A DNA stretch of 64,000 nt, from assembly GCA_030704615.1 (NCBI GenBank), contig CM060732.1, positions 55,428,001-55,492,000 on the forward strand, read 5' to 3'. The DNA is from Takakia lepidozioides. Lineage: Eukaryota; Plantae; Bryophyta. Both the position numbers and the translations under genes were made by a program. Under the pieces are notes generated by a model. It saw only the letters and a list, made by a program, of their open reading frames with translations, had not been told where the DNA came from and searched no databases. Shown here in pieces: positions 12,791 to 25,551 of this stretch (within the stretch, counting starts at the first letter, position 1; every line of letters starts with the position of its first letter).

Positions 12791-14395
12791 TTGGATACTG
12801 CTTTCCAACCCAATCCGATTCTGCCTCTATAAATATTATTCTACTTTCAAGGAGCGTATGTCACGGGAGACCTCCCGTATTCATTCTATAGTCGACCGAT
12901 AGTCCATTGATGGATTGTTCGGAGCAAGTTTGTCCATCTATTTAAGAACGAAATTTTGTGTCTGTCGTTCTTTTTGCGTCTATCAAATTTCCATATCTCT
13001 TGGATGTAGATGTTGCAATATTCAATCTCAATTTCAATCTCCACGGGAGGTCTTCCGTCCCTAATAGAATACTAACTCTATATATTGTTGACAATTGGAT
13101 CAGACGAACAAACAAATAGGCTTGAAGGAATTGTCGAAGTCTGGAATTAGCCGAATTCGAACGAAACTTTTTGGGAATGTTGAGGTTCGGAAACTTGGTG
13201 GAAAATTCGCAAAATGCGCAGATTGTGAGATGTCAAGTTAAATAAGCACAGTGTGAAAACGACTAGAATAAAGCTAGTTATTTGTACTTAACACTTGGAT
13301 TTAGGTCAAGTGTTAAGTCAGGTGTCAAGTTTAGTTTGACACCTGAACCGGCTTATCTTCACGAGAGCGGCAGTCGCAAAGCTCATCTCTCTCGAGTTGA
13401 GCCTGCAGCTCATCTCTCTCGAGTTGAGCCTGCGCGACCGAGCTCCTTCATGCGTTTAGATCTGAGTGTGCTTATGATGGGAGTGTAGGTTGTTGTGGGG
13501 TGGAGTCCCCATAGCTTGGGGTGCCCCTGGCTCGACTTCTATTTTAAAGAGTGATGCTGTTGGATTCATGTTGTTTTCTTGTGTGAACAGTGTGTCTTTC
13601 AAGCTTTCTATCACTCGAGAGAGATGACTCTATCTAGTTTTCCAGTGCTAAGCTAGATATGATGTTTTTGTTTTTTTAAAGCACTATTATAATATAGATG
13701 GTCATGGTCTTGTACATAGCTCAAGCAATGAGCATAGAACGGCGCTAGCTGGAGTTTGTCTCACATCCTCAGTCGCAATGGTGGGACTCGGGGGGTATAG
13801 GTAGAGTGGTTGAAGCACGGCAGCAGCTCGGCTATGGCTGCCTGCCACTTTCAATCTTCACACTGCAGCCTGCGCGCATGGAGACGAACTCTGTAGCCGC
13901 GTCATGTGCTCCCATTTGTCAGGGAGGCTCCACTGAGAGGGAAAGGCTGGGGTTGAGATGCTAGTCAACTGGGTTGTGTGCTCAGTTTACACAACAGGCT
14001 ATGTCGCAATCCTCTGATAACTGAAGGTGCCAGGCGGCTGTTGCTGCACCGACGTGTTAGTCAAATCCCGAACTGCTGCGCGAGGGGATTCGCTCCGAAG
14101 TCTTGCAGGGTGTGCCCGAGCAGGCATGTGTGGATGGAAGGGATTAAGTGCGATGAAGCAGACATCGGATGTGAGTTTTCACGCCAACTGGGATGCTACT
14201 TTCGTTTGAGCCTTCTGAATACGACTCAGACTTCTGAATACGGCCAGAATTACATGCATCTGGCCAGCACCTAGGGGAAGGTCCTTCAGATTGGATAGAT
14301 TTACCTTCTCTGTTGTGCTTGCTTCTTGGCCTCTTTCTGTGAAAGGAAGCCCTGTGATCGTTTGAGAATTTTGTTATCGGCTGGCAAGGGTCGGT

Positions 14396-14738
14396 ATGTA
14401 TGGAGGATACACAGGGACCAAGTGTGGGTGCGATGCAAACGCAATCGCATGGATTCACACATGGTTTGGGGATTGTGTTTACACATCATGGGATATGGCA
14501 GCGTTCCTCATAGGCGTGTCATCGATGGTTTTTTTTGGATTATAGCACAGCTACCTCAGTTCATCAGCAATTTCCGGAATCAAAGTTCGGATGCACTCTC
14601 TCCGTGGTTCCTCTTTCAGTGGCTTGCGGGGGACTCCTTCAATCTGTTGGGCTGTCTTTTCACGGGTGACCAACTGGCCACTGAAACTCTTACGGCAATG
14701 TATTTCATAGTTGCAAACTCCCTTATTGCCAGCCAGTA
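14396..14738 (+). pseudogene. PQ-loop repeat (YPQ1/PQL-like vacuolar amino-acid transporter) 5' fragment
   Basis: From ATG 14396: MYGGY...AWIHTWFGDCVYTSWDMAAFLIGVSSMVF, then a frameshift in the T8 run at ~14529-14536, then WIIAQLPQFISNF...ALSPWFLFQWLAGDSFNLLGC. The second PQ loop was not found. Confidence 0.8.
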
Positions 14739-15289
14739 CGTCAGTACTCTTTTGAGCCCCTGAAGCATTAATTCACACACCTGATGAAGATTTCTAAGGT
14801 TGTGGTGGAAAGAATGGTTGGCAATCTTTCCAGCCAACAGTGAAAGTTGTGACTAGCGCCTTGTGCCTCGTGGTTGGTCAAGCTGGCCACAGCCGCTTTT
14901 CTTTGTGGTTCTTTGAACTATAGGCTTGGCAACTTTTTACATGAGCCTGTGCATGGCCTTGTAAAGATGGTTAATGCAGCTGAACTCCACATTGAGCCAG
15001 CACAGCAAGCTACTGCACTTACGTCAGCCCCTTTGCAACAACAAGCCTTCAGGCAATCTATTACTGGTCATCTCTCTTCACCCGATTCTTGGGAGGGTAC
15101 ACACGTGCATCACACCCTGGGTGACACTACGTTCACCAGGACAAATGGTCTGATATGCCGTCTACTGGAAACAAGGGAATTGATCGCTACAAATCATGAG
15201 AGGCAAAGATAGGAAAGCACTGCACTTCCGTGCATGCAAAAAAAACATTGAAACCAGTTATGATTTAAAAGGGAAGTGTCCAACTGGTC

Positions 15290-17567
15290 TGTTAGAGGTC
15301 CATAGTGACATCATCAAAGCTGGAATTGTACCAGATGTCATTCTGAGCAATACCCTCATGGACATGTATGCCAAATGTGGCAGCATCAAAGCTGCAAAGG
15401 GGGTGTTCGGCAATATGGCTGAACGGGATGTGGTCTCCTGGACAGCAATAATTGCAGGATACACGCAGCATGGGTGTGGGATGGAGGCTTTGGAGACCTA
15501 TGAGCAAATGATGCAGGAAGGGCTGAAGCCCAGCCGGGTCACATTCATTTGCATTTGCAATGTGTGTGCGAGCCTGGGAGCCCTGGAAAAGGGCAAAGAG
15601 GTCCATGGTGACATCATCAAAGCTGGAATTGAACCAGATGTCATTATGAAGACTGCCCTCATGGATATGTATGCCAAATGTGGCAGCATGGAGGATGCAA
15701 AGGCAGTTTTTGACAAGATGGCTGAACGAGATGTGGTGTCATGGAATGCGATGATTGCAGGATATGCCCAGCATGGGTGCGGGATGGAGGCTTTGGAGAT
15801 TTACGAGCAAATGATGCGGGAAGGGTTGAAGCCAGACCGGGTCACATTTGTTTGCGTTTGCAATGCATGTGCGAGCCTGGGAGCCCTGGAAAAGGGCAAA
15901 GAGGTCCATGGTGACATCGTCAAAGCCAGAATTGTACGGGATGTCATCCTAAACAATACCCTGGTGGACATGTATGCCAAATGTGGCAGCATCGACAATG
16001 CAAAAGGAGTGTTCGACAATATGTCCAAACGAGATGTGGTGTCGTGGAACGCGATGATCACAGGATATGCGCACAGCAAGGGTACGGGATGGAAGCTTTG
16101 GAGACCTATGAGCAAATGATGCGGGAAGGGGTGAAGCCGGACCAGGTGACTTTCGTTTGCATCTGCAATGCGTGTGCGAGCCTGGAAGCCCTAGAGAAGG
16201 GCAAAGAGGTCCATAGTGACATTGTCAAAGCTGGAATTGTACCAGACGTCATTCTGAACAATACCCTTGTGGATATGTATGCCAAAATGTGGGCACATCG
16301 AGGATGCAAAGGGAGTGTTCGACCATATGGCTGAACGAGATGTGGTGTCATGGAACGCGATGATTGCAGGATATGCGCAGCATGGGTGCGGGACGGGCGC
16401 TTTTGAGACCTATGAACAAATGATGCAGGAAGGGGTGAAGCCCGACCGCGTGACGTTTGTTTGCATTTGCAATGCGTGCGCGAGCCTAGCAGCCCTGGAC
16501 AAGGGCAAAGAGGTCCATGGTAATATCATCAAAGCTGGAATTGTACCAGATGTCATTCTGAACACTGCCCTTGTGGACATGTATGCCAAATGCGGCAGCA
16601 TCGAAGATGCAGAGGGAGTGTTCGACAATATGGGTGAACGAAATGTGGCATCAGGGAACGCAATGATCGCAGGATATGCCCAGCATGGTTATGATATGGA
16701 GGCCCTTCAACTATTGGAAGAAATGCAAGTGGAAGGCTTGAAGCTGGACAATATCACTTTTCTATGTGTTCTCTCTGCATGTAGCCATGCTGGCCTAGTG
16801 GATGAAGGCAAATACTAATTGACTCCCTGAGTCAAGGTCATGGCATAACTCCAGCACTGGAGCACTTTGGCACCATGGTGGACGTTCTTGGCCGTGCAGG
16901 ACAATTGGATGAGGCAGAGGACTTCATTAACAAAATGCCAATCAAACCAAATGTTGTGGTGTGGATGGCCTTGCTTGGTGCCTGCAGAATCCATGGCAAT
17001 TTGGAGATGGCTGAACGTGCGGTAACATCTATTCTCAAGTGGGATAAACAGGATGCCGCAACTTATGTGTTGCTATCAAACATCTATGCTGGAGTTGGTA
17101 GGTGGGATGATAGTGCAAAGGTGAGAGAAATGATGAAGGTCAGAGGGTTTAGAAAGGAGCCAGGTCGCTGCTGCATTGAGGTCGGCAACATGGTGCACAC
17201 CTTTGTTGTAGATCAGAAATTGCATCAAAAAATTGAGGAAATTCACGCTGAGCTGAGAAGATTGTCTGGGCAAATGAAGGAGGCAGGGTATGTGCCTGCC
17301 ATGCACTTTGTATTGCATGATGTGGGGGAGGAGCAAAAGGAACTTTCTCTTTGCCATCACAGTGAGAAGCTCGCCATTGGTTTTGGGCTGATCAGCACGG
17401 CCCCTAGGACACCTCTCCGTCTCATCAAGAATCTTCGCATGTGTGGTGACTGCCACACCTCCACCAAGTTCATCTCAAAGATTGTTGGTCGAGCAATTGT
17501 TGTACGGGACACGAACCGCTTTCACCACTTTGAAGATGGGGTTTGTTCTTGTGGGGATTACTGGTGA
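15290..17567 (+). pseudogene. PLS-class PPR protein with E/DYW domain (organellar C-to-U editing factor), N-terminally truncated, three frameshifts
   Basis: About 4.5 near-identical ~303-bp P-L-S triplets; PG box KEPGRCCIE; HHSEKLA, CGDCH and CSCGDYW*. Frameshifts at ~16073, ~16287 and ~16816. Confidence 0.92.
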
Positions 17568-19128
17568 AGCAATATTTTTCTGGTAAACTGTGTCTTGCTT
17601 CATTCATTGATGTGCGCAGCTACTCAGTTCATCCACCATTTCCTGAGAATAATGACTAAGAGTTTTGTTCTGTTGAGGGCATTTCTGTTGCATATTTTAA
17701 CCTTCCAATAGCCGGTAGGTGGGGTCTACCCAGCATAGGTGGGATGTCACACCAACGTTGCACTTGACTGGAGCAGGTAATGAGTGAAGGAGGCTGACTC
17801 TGGTGATAGTGGAAGAAAATCGAAGTGCTGTCCTATTTCAGGTGGAGCTTCTTCAAAGCTTGAAAATGAAAGTGACTATGATTGGTAATAAGCTTGACTA
17901 GAGAGGCAGCCTTGTGCACAAATTTGTTCAGCATTTTAAATTTGGACATGTTTATATATTTCTCATGGTGCTGCTGCAGATAGAGCCCTTGACTAACTCA
18001 CATGAAGCGAAAGCTAGCCCTAACCCTAATCCAATGATGGCCACAAGAAAGTTCACATAGTGATTGTAATGGTATTTGGGTAATTATGTTATTGATTGAT
18101 GAGGCATGAATTGGATTCGCCTGACTTCCCCACACTAAAACATCGGTTTGTGACTCTCCCCACTTCAGAACACAACTTATTGTCTACAGTTTGACACCAG
18201 ATTTTAGAGCATGTATGAAACAATTGTCAATAGTTTCATGCGACGATCGGTGATGCTGGTAGTGTCCCGGAAACAAGTGGAGATTTCTGGTATGACTCCC
18301 AGTGTTCTCAGTAGCGGCTAGATCTCAAAAGCTCTCCCAGTAAGGTGGCATGACGAAATGGAGGGGCGGGTGGGAAGGCGGGGAAGACCATAAACTTAGA
18401 GGAGAGGGAAAAGAGGGGTTTGATGGGTGGATGGGTGGTCCCAACATGAAGGTCAGCCAGGCAAGCATCGGAAGCAGGTCCACAGATTGATGAAGGAGCC
18501 AAGCCCAACAAGCCACAACTCATCCTGCACCCCACAGTGAATCAGGCATAACAAGCAAAAACAGCAGCTACCAGTGTTTATCCATGATCTAAACTAATCC
18601 TAGCGGACTACTAGCTTGATGGTCGAATTCGGGGAATCTTAGGAGCGAGTGATGACCTTGCCGACAAAGAAATGTGTTATACTAGGTGGGCTAGGAGTTT
18701 GCAGCTTGGTTTAATTTGGAGAACGTGGAAACAAGCAGTAATTTGGTTAATATTAGGGTGAGTATTTCATAATTTGTATTTGATTTATGTATAAATTTCT
18801 TGTGAGTGATTTGCTCTCATCGTTTGTGAACACTCAAGTGGCATTGGCTGGCACTAATTAGTGGGTCTGGAGTGCCAAAAAAATGAAACTATCATAACTT
18901 ATATGCAAAGCAATATCCAGAGAGAATGTACAGTACAGTGCGCACAGTGCTTTTCAAGTTAAACACATGACGTAGACACCAAAATGTTAAGTGCCACCTC
19001 ACTGAATAGGTCTGCGAGAAAATACCATGACATCCAAGTTGCACACTATCCCCACCACGAGCTTCCTGTCACTTTTACCCGGAACCGGATCCGTGGTCTA
19101 GTGGTGGTACAGTGAATCTTCAATCGCC

Positions 19129-19225
19129 GGATCTGTACAGAACTTGGTTATATGATCCGTGGTCACTGTCTGCGGCCGCAGCTTCTAGTGACCACGGATC
19201 ATGTAACCAAGTTCTGTACAGATCC
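19129..19225. repeat. Near-perfect inverted repeat (39-bp arms, 19-nt spacer); candidate MIR/hairpin-RNA locus
   Basis: 19129-19167 is the reverse complement of 19187-19225 except one position, which is a G:U pair on the + strand. Confidence 0.85.
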
Positions 19226-20984
19226 ATCTTGAGGATAGGGTTGTTGCTTCATTTGCTCAGGATTACAAGCGAAGTAGAGTGATTTTTGAGGACAAAGTTT
19301 TAGATTGAATTCATGTCAATAAATTTAAAGCTTATAAGTACTTTTGTCAGGCTACATGTATATGCAAATCCAAATGGGCTCGTACTTTGTAAACGAAGTT
19401 TGAAATTTAATGGCATGATCCGTTTGATTGATCATTCTTTTGTATCGATTGGATCTCAGTACTGAATCTTATTGCTATTTTTTCAGCATTGGCTTGTCAT
19501 AATTACTTCTAAGAGCTTGGAGGATTCTCCCCCTCTCTTGAGATCCCATTTACTCCCTTCCCCTCTCTAGTAATCCCCTCATCTACAGCTAGTCGAGAAC
19601 TATTTGGGTGGGAGAAGCAGAGTGACATGTAATTATAACTTTGTGATCTGCAGCTAATCAGTTATGGTTTACGTGACTCTAATCTTGATTTCCTCTCCGT
19701 ATAATTGATCTTAAATCTTGGTTTCTTGCGTTGGTTACATGTTAATGTAGGGCAGGAGTTGCAACAAAGAGTTCATATCCTTGAGCCCACTAGAAAAGCT
19801 AGGCTGGAGGGACTTATAACTTGAAGTCATGTGAAAGATATCCCTTAACCTCCCAAGCCCGTTTTCGACTTTTTGTCCATTTTTGGTACCCTGAAAGACT
19901 AAAATGCCCATAGCTACCTATCCCCATTCATCCATAGGTCTCAACCGCACAACATTGTGCCTAACTTAGTTAGGCATAACACCTCCAAATTTGGTAGGAT
20001 TTCACCGCGAAAATAAAAATATTATAATGTATTTGTGGACCTGGAATTTGAGCTCCCACACAATAGTCCCACAAAATTATGGTTTGACCAGTGCAAATTG
20101 TGGCTTTTTGGAAACCCATAAATTACAATGGAGTGGTGGGATGATTATCTCCTTGCCAAATTTTAGGGCCATTTGACGTTTTTTTCTATGGGCTGTTTTG
20201 TATGTGTGTGAAACTTTTTTGGCCCGGAGTGCAATATTGTCTAGGGACTCTTCAGGCGGGGCTCGGGTGGGATTTTCCACTAAAATATTCCATTTCTAGG
20301 GGCCCATGTCCGACCCTGTGCCACCCCGTGATCAATTCACCTACTCACCCTCGTGAGGCCAGTACCTGACAACTGCAGGGGCGACGTGTCGCCACCCGCC
20401 CACCCTAAAAATGAAGTCAGATAGGGGGGCCACGTGTGCACTCTCACCCTAACCTGGGCAGGGATTTTTTTCTTGAATTTTGAATGAGGCACGAGTGGGG
20501 CACCTTGGGAGGGGAAGCTTCGATTGGTGTGGCTATAGCAGAACATCTGATTCCGAAAAGAATGGCTACAGAGTTTGAATCTGGTGGCTGGATTATGCGA
20601 CACCATCCAATTGCCTGTAGACACAAGCTGGCGAATGTAAATCCATAAGTAGTGACTTGTTCAGGCTATGGTTGAAGTGATGGTGGGTGTAATTTGGTGA
20701 CATACACATGCAGAATGCAGTATTGGCAGCACCATTGAAGCACATAATTTAGAAGTCACAACACAAAGACAAATGACATGAAGTCTAATCTATAAAGTAT
20801 CATATGGAGGAATTGAACCTCAGTCATAAAGACTTTGCCCACTCCAACATAGGGTGGCCTGCAACACCCAACATGCACCAAAAACCAACCAGGAAACAAA
20901 ATTATGTGAAGGAAGATTATATTGCGTCAGTAAAGACATATTCATGAACATTGTTTGCGGGCATCATAGCAGGGCCTACACGTC

Positions 20985-21425
20985 ACTGCAATCAACACAT
21001 ACTTGCAATGCCATAGACATACTTAGGGCTGCCCTATGCAATCCAGGCTCAAAGAGCTTGACACCACAAAATCTCCTGCAATCAGCACAAAACAAATGGA
21101 CATACTATAGGGCTGCCCCCATGCGAGTCTTCCGCCAGTTAGTGATAGCCTCTTGATATGGGCAACCACCTTCGCTCAAGTCTGAAAGAGACCTCCTGCA
21201 ATCAACACATAGCAAGGAGACACACTACAGGGCTACCTCCATGCGAGTCTTCCCTGCAGGCCAGTCATTAATTGCCTCATGATATGGGCAACCAGCTTCA
21301 CTCAGGTCTGAATGTGCTGACCACATGACCTCCTGCAATCAACACATATCAGATAGACATACTATAGGGCTGCCCCCATGCGAGCCTTCTCTACACGCCA
21401 GTCAGCGATGGCCTCATGATATGGG
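20985..21425 (-). repeat. About 4 diverged tandem copies (~90-135 bp) of the transposase 3' end and stop region
   Basis: Recurrent ctgcaatcaacacat...cta(t/c)agggct.cc.ccatgcgag...gcctc.tgatatggg blocks. Confidence 0.75.
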
Positions 21426-22548
21426 GAGAATACGGGAAGGTGGTCTGGGTGAAGAAGTCTTGAGTATACATACGCATAGTGGTGTTCAGGTGCCCAGCAA
21501 GTCGATTACGTATCTTATTCTTGATAAAGGCTAATGTAGAAAACGTACGTTCGTCCTCTACACTTCCAAGTACCATGACAATTGCCATCTCGGCCAATCT
21601 CATGTACTCGGACAACCTCACAACAAGTAAACCAGATGATGAAAATTGTTGCCACAACTTCGTGAGTGGATTTTGATCAAATGGCTCACTCATGACCTTG
21701 TGAGCCCGTGTCTTCATAATCAGTTTGAACAATGACATCTGTAGGTCTAGCAAGTTCCCAAATACTGTGGGTACACCATTCATGATATCATAATCGGGGA
21801 ACCTTCTCTCAAGCTCTCCAACCAAGAGATTGGCTGCAGTGGTGCACTGAGCTTTCACACTCTGAACAATGGTAGCAAAACAATCTCTGCTCACCGTCTG
21901 AGACTAGCCAGTCATTGGAGACAGCATATGCGCCATGTAAGACTGTCCCATGAGCTTGAATGACAAAGTCTCATGACCCGTAGCACAACGCTCTGCATGT
22001 AGTCTGTCATCTCCTAGCCAGAGTTATCAGACCAGTGCTTTGCTGGGTTGTTCTGAACTTTCAAATATGCAAACAAAAATTGCATTTGCTCTTAATCAGT
22101 CATGGGTCGCCCATAGCGCAACAAACTGAAGATAAACACAAATTGGACTAGTTTTTTTTTTCATGTCCATCGTGGCACCAACTGCCACCTGTTGCACAAC
22201 CGTATCCCGCCCAGCTGCTGCAAAGAGTATCTCATTCCGAACATCCACACTGTTTTTAATGAAATGAAACTCACCAACAGCAACACCAGGCATGGGAACA
22301 AGTGTCTTTCGACGTCCTGCATGTTTCCACAAATAGTCTAATTTCGGAACAAGGAGTTTGTCTCTCCCCTCAATGCGAGTGCAGACCTTGCAGCGTACTT
22401 GATGGACTTTCCCATCCTCCCCACATACTGATTCAGCCCATGGGAGTTTGGCAGCCCATGTATCTTGAAAATGTCTGTTAAGCTCATACCCTTTCTTGCA
22501 TTGTTTGGACAACTCGAGTGCAGCCTCAGCCATGGCTGGATCGACCAC
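21362..22548 (-). pseudogene. hAT-like (ZNF862/C17orf113-type) transposase remnants
   Basis: N-terminal RHFQDTWAAKLPW...RCKVC...KH zinc-finger-like region; C-terminal dimerisation motif VLGSVEDERTFS...IKNKIRNRL. Most of the catalytic core is missing. Confidence 0.78.
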
Positions 22549-25187
22549 ACCTGCCTCCGGCTCTACACTAGCATCTGCCTCTACATTGCTAGAATACTCC
22601 CCCTCAACAGGACGAGGAACAGGAAATACTTGTACTTGAAATTATTCGGAACTTTCAATGGAGCCATGACAACTATCGTGCATAAACAGGTCGTTCACAA
22701 GTACTGCAATCACAGCTACAGCCAAGTGCATACACACTCAACATATATATGGTTTCTAAAGCTCAAGATGCTCACTTCGAATTGAAATCTGCCCGCCATT
22801 TCAGCCCGCAGCCAACTCTTTCCCACCCCAGCCGTCGTCCATGAATCTGCGATTCGGCGCTGCAGCCTCCATTCCCCACAATAACGCAGCTTGATCTCTT
22901 GCAATCTCCTGCAATCTCTTGCAATCTCTACACTGAGTTATCGAAACTTACACTGGCATACAATGTCGACAGTTAACGAAAACTGAGATAACTGCTAGAA
23001 CTTATTGTACCTTAGTGTAACCGTCTCCCGCGTTCATACTTTGCTGGCTAATGTAAGGCCCCACGTTCATTCCTTGCTAGATAATGTAAGGCTCAAGATG
23101 TACGCTGGATATGGCGAAACCTAACTGCTTGCAAGTGGAAGTGGTGGGTTCCTCCACCATAGCCAGGGTCGGCGCTGGCTACTCACACCCCAATCCGCCT
23201 CAATATCTGGCCCGTCCAGGCTAGGGCAGCCACTGGATGGCGCCACATGTCTACCTCGTGGAGAACATGCTGCGACAGGCTCGTCATTCTTCCTCAGGTT
23301 TTGGCGAAAATGGGAAAAAGAATGCCTTGAATTTCCGTTAGTGGGGTAGCAGCTCATTTTTTACATGAGCCTTTTGGCGAAATTCGCCAAAAAAAAAGAT
23401 GCTGAACCTGGGAGTTGCTGCCGATTAGGGCAAGTACCGGCCACCTGTCCAGTCAACTGCAGAAACCCAATCTGTTTTGAGCAGTGCTGGCCGGCGAAAA
23501 CTCGCCCAGGCCACAGTTTTTAATTTGTTTTTTAAAGAAGAGGCTTCGTAAGAGGGAGAGCTACATTTCTCGTTCAGACATCATCCCCATCCGAGAGCAT
23601 CTGCAGATGCTGCGGCGAATCTGCGGTGAATCTCCCAAAGCAAGCGACCCAATTCGGGTTGCTTGGGAGGTTAAGGGTTAAAACAGTTTAATCTTCGAAT
23701 TCTGGCCTGCTCTATGGAAAATTGTCTACATATGTGATTGTCACAATAACAACCATATCAGCCTCATCTAGAGGGGGAGCTCCTGCGCAATCCTTTGTAG
23801 AAGGTCTAAACATGATTTTACCACAACACTCTTAGAGGGGTAGTATGCTTTAGATAACACTTAACAAGTTAATACACATATACAATTCTCTTTGTATTTG
23901 AAAGGGGGTAAGATATTCCTTACAATACAGACAATTTAAATAGTACAATGTAACAATTATTGAAGATTGACTGTATTCATGATTTTAATTTTTTTAAAGG
24001 GGGTTGACAGTCAGTGAGACCAGACAAGGGGAGGAAAACAATTTAAAACCTTCAAAGCCATGAGGCCTAAACACCAATGAAAGTGTGAAGGGCCGGCCAC
24101 TTCAAGGACATATAAACAAAACTTTCACCCATCATACACTTACCGCTTACCTCTTTTCTGTTGCATCGCTCTACATTCTATGATTTCTTTTACTGTGTAA
24201 AAAACTATACTGTAGTAAAACACGACTAAAGTGTTATTTGTTGAGTGTTATGAAATATTTCTGTGAGTGTGAAAAGCACCTCCTTAATAGCTACCGTCTG
24301 CCCTGGATAAATGTTACCTCTATAACTGTTAAACTACCATAAATGTTAAGAAAATCTTACTCCCCTACTTGTGCACACTAGCAAATGTTAGGTGTTATTT
24401 GTTAACACTTAGTTACTCCCCTCTTTGTTAATTTTCCCTCCATAAATGTTAAGTGTACCATAAAGGCTTCACCTAAGAGGAGAAAGTAGTATAAGTTCTA
24501 GCTAGATTATGATAAGATTCCATCTTAAAACATAACCAATCAGCAGACTAGAAAGTAAGTGGGAGGTAATACTGACGTGAATAGATGAAACAAGTGTATA
24601 TACAACATTTCGAGACGGGGTATGGAGGTTATTTATGAGATACAACGAATGTATGTTCAGCATTTTGAGACTTGACATGGGATGTTTTCGAGAGAGACGA
24701 TGTTGTACATGCGTTATAAGCTATTTTGCAAGTAGATGGTATCGATTGTCTTTTAGTGAGTGTACTTAAAATATTCTTGAAATACCTATGCAGTTTTCTT
24801 TTTGGTTGTTGATAGGTAGGCCCACCCACATATGATTAGATAGATGTGTTGTACTAATAAGTTAGATATTAGGTGATTAATAAAGATGAAAAACAACTCA
24901 CAAACAAAGAGAGAATAGAATATATTAAGTGTTAATTTTATAATTTTTACATTTGTTAAATGTTAATATGCTACAACTAACCATTATGAGCTCACCCAAG
25001 GGTCGTACTGGCGGGGCCCGCATTCATGACCCTATTATTAAAAAATGAGAGGCTTCATAAACTGTTAATGTGTTAACCTTGTTTAAATCTTATTTTTTTC
25101 TACTCCCGAATGTTAACATTTATCCAGGGCAGACTGTACATTTCATTATGGACCACATGGATTTGTTGGGAGAGACTTTCAAGGGTA

Positions 25188-25551
25188 TTAGGGTAGTATG
25201 TGCCGTTGGCCCAAGTAACCAATCCAAGTGCAATCCCCTATGTATCCAAGTGCTTCTCCTATGTCAAGGCCCATGTGTGAAGAATTTAAAAAAAAATGAA
25301 TACATATATTGAGAATTAATATATCCAATCATTGTTCCAAGGAAAGCCCATTTTGCTTATTTTCGTGAAGTTCCAGCGACCAAAAGTACTTGAAATTCCA
25401 TATCTCCCACACCGCAGGTCCAAAAATTATGAGACCACGTCGGTGCACCCCCTCTCATTGAGGGCTTTCCGACTCTACCAAGCACCAGGGCTGGGCCGCG
25501 GTTTGGGACATCTCAACGCTACAAACAAAACTGTCTTTCTTCATATCTTGA
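25188..25551 (-). mobile_element. Non-autonomous Helitron-like element, copy 1
   Basis: On the minus strand it starts A|TC and ends CTAA|T with no TSD. It shares ~250 bp with 46290-46574 (gtacttgaaattccatatctcccacaccgcaggtccaaaaa... gagggctttcc...accaagcaccag). Confidence 0.65.

Larger units (their letters stand above)
19842..23677 (-). mobile_element. Internally deleted hAT-like DNA transposon with 17-bp perfect TIRs (CCCTTAACCTCCCAAGC)
   Basis: TIRs at 19842-19858 and 23661-23677, with transposase fragments between them. Confidence 0.8.

Noticed and set aside
17150-17567. U-to-C editing DYW:KP-type domain
   Set aside because: It has a PG box, HSEK and terminal DYW, the canonical C-to-U type.
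18017-18030. Interstitial telomere repeat
   Set aside because: Only two CCCTAA units; compatible with chance.
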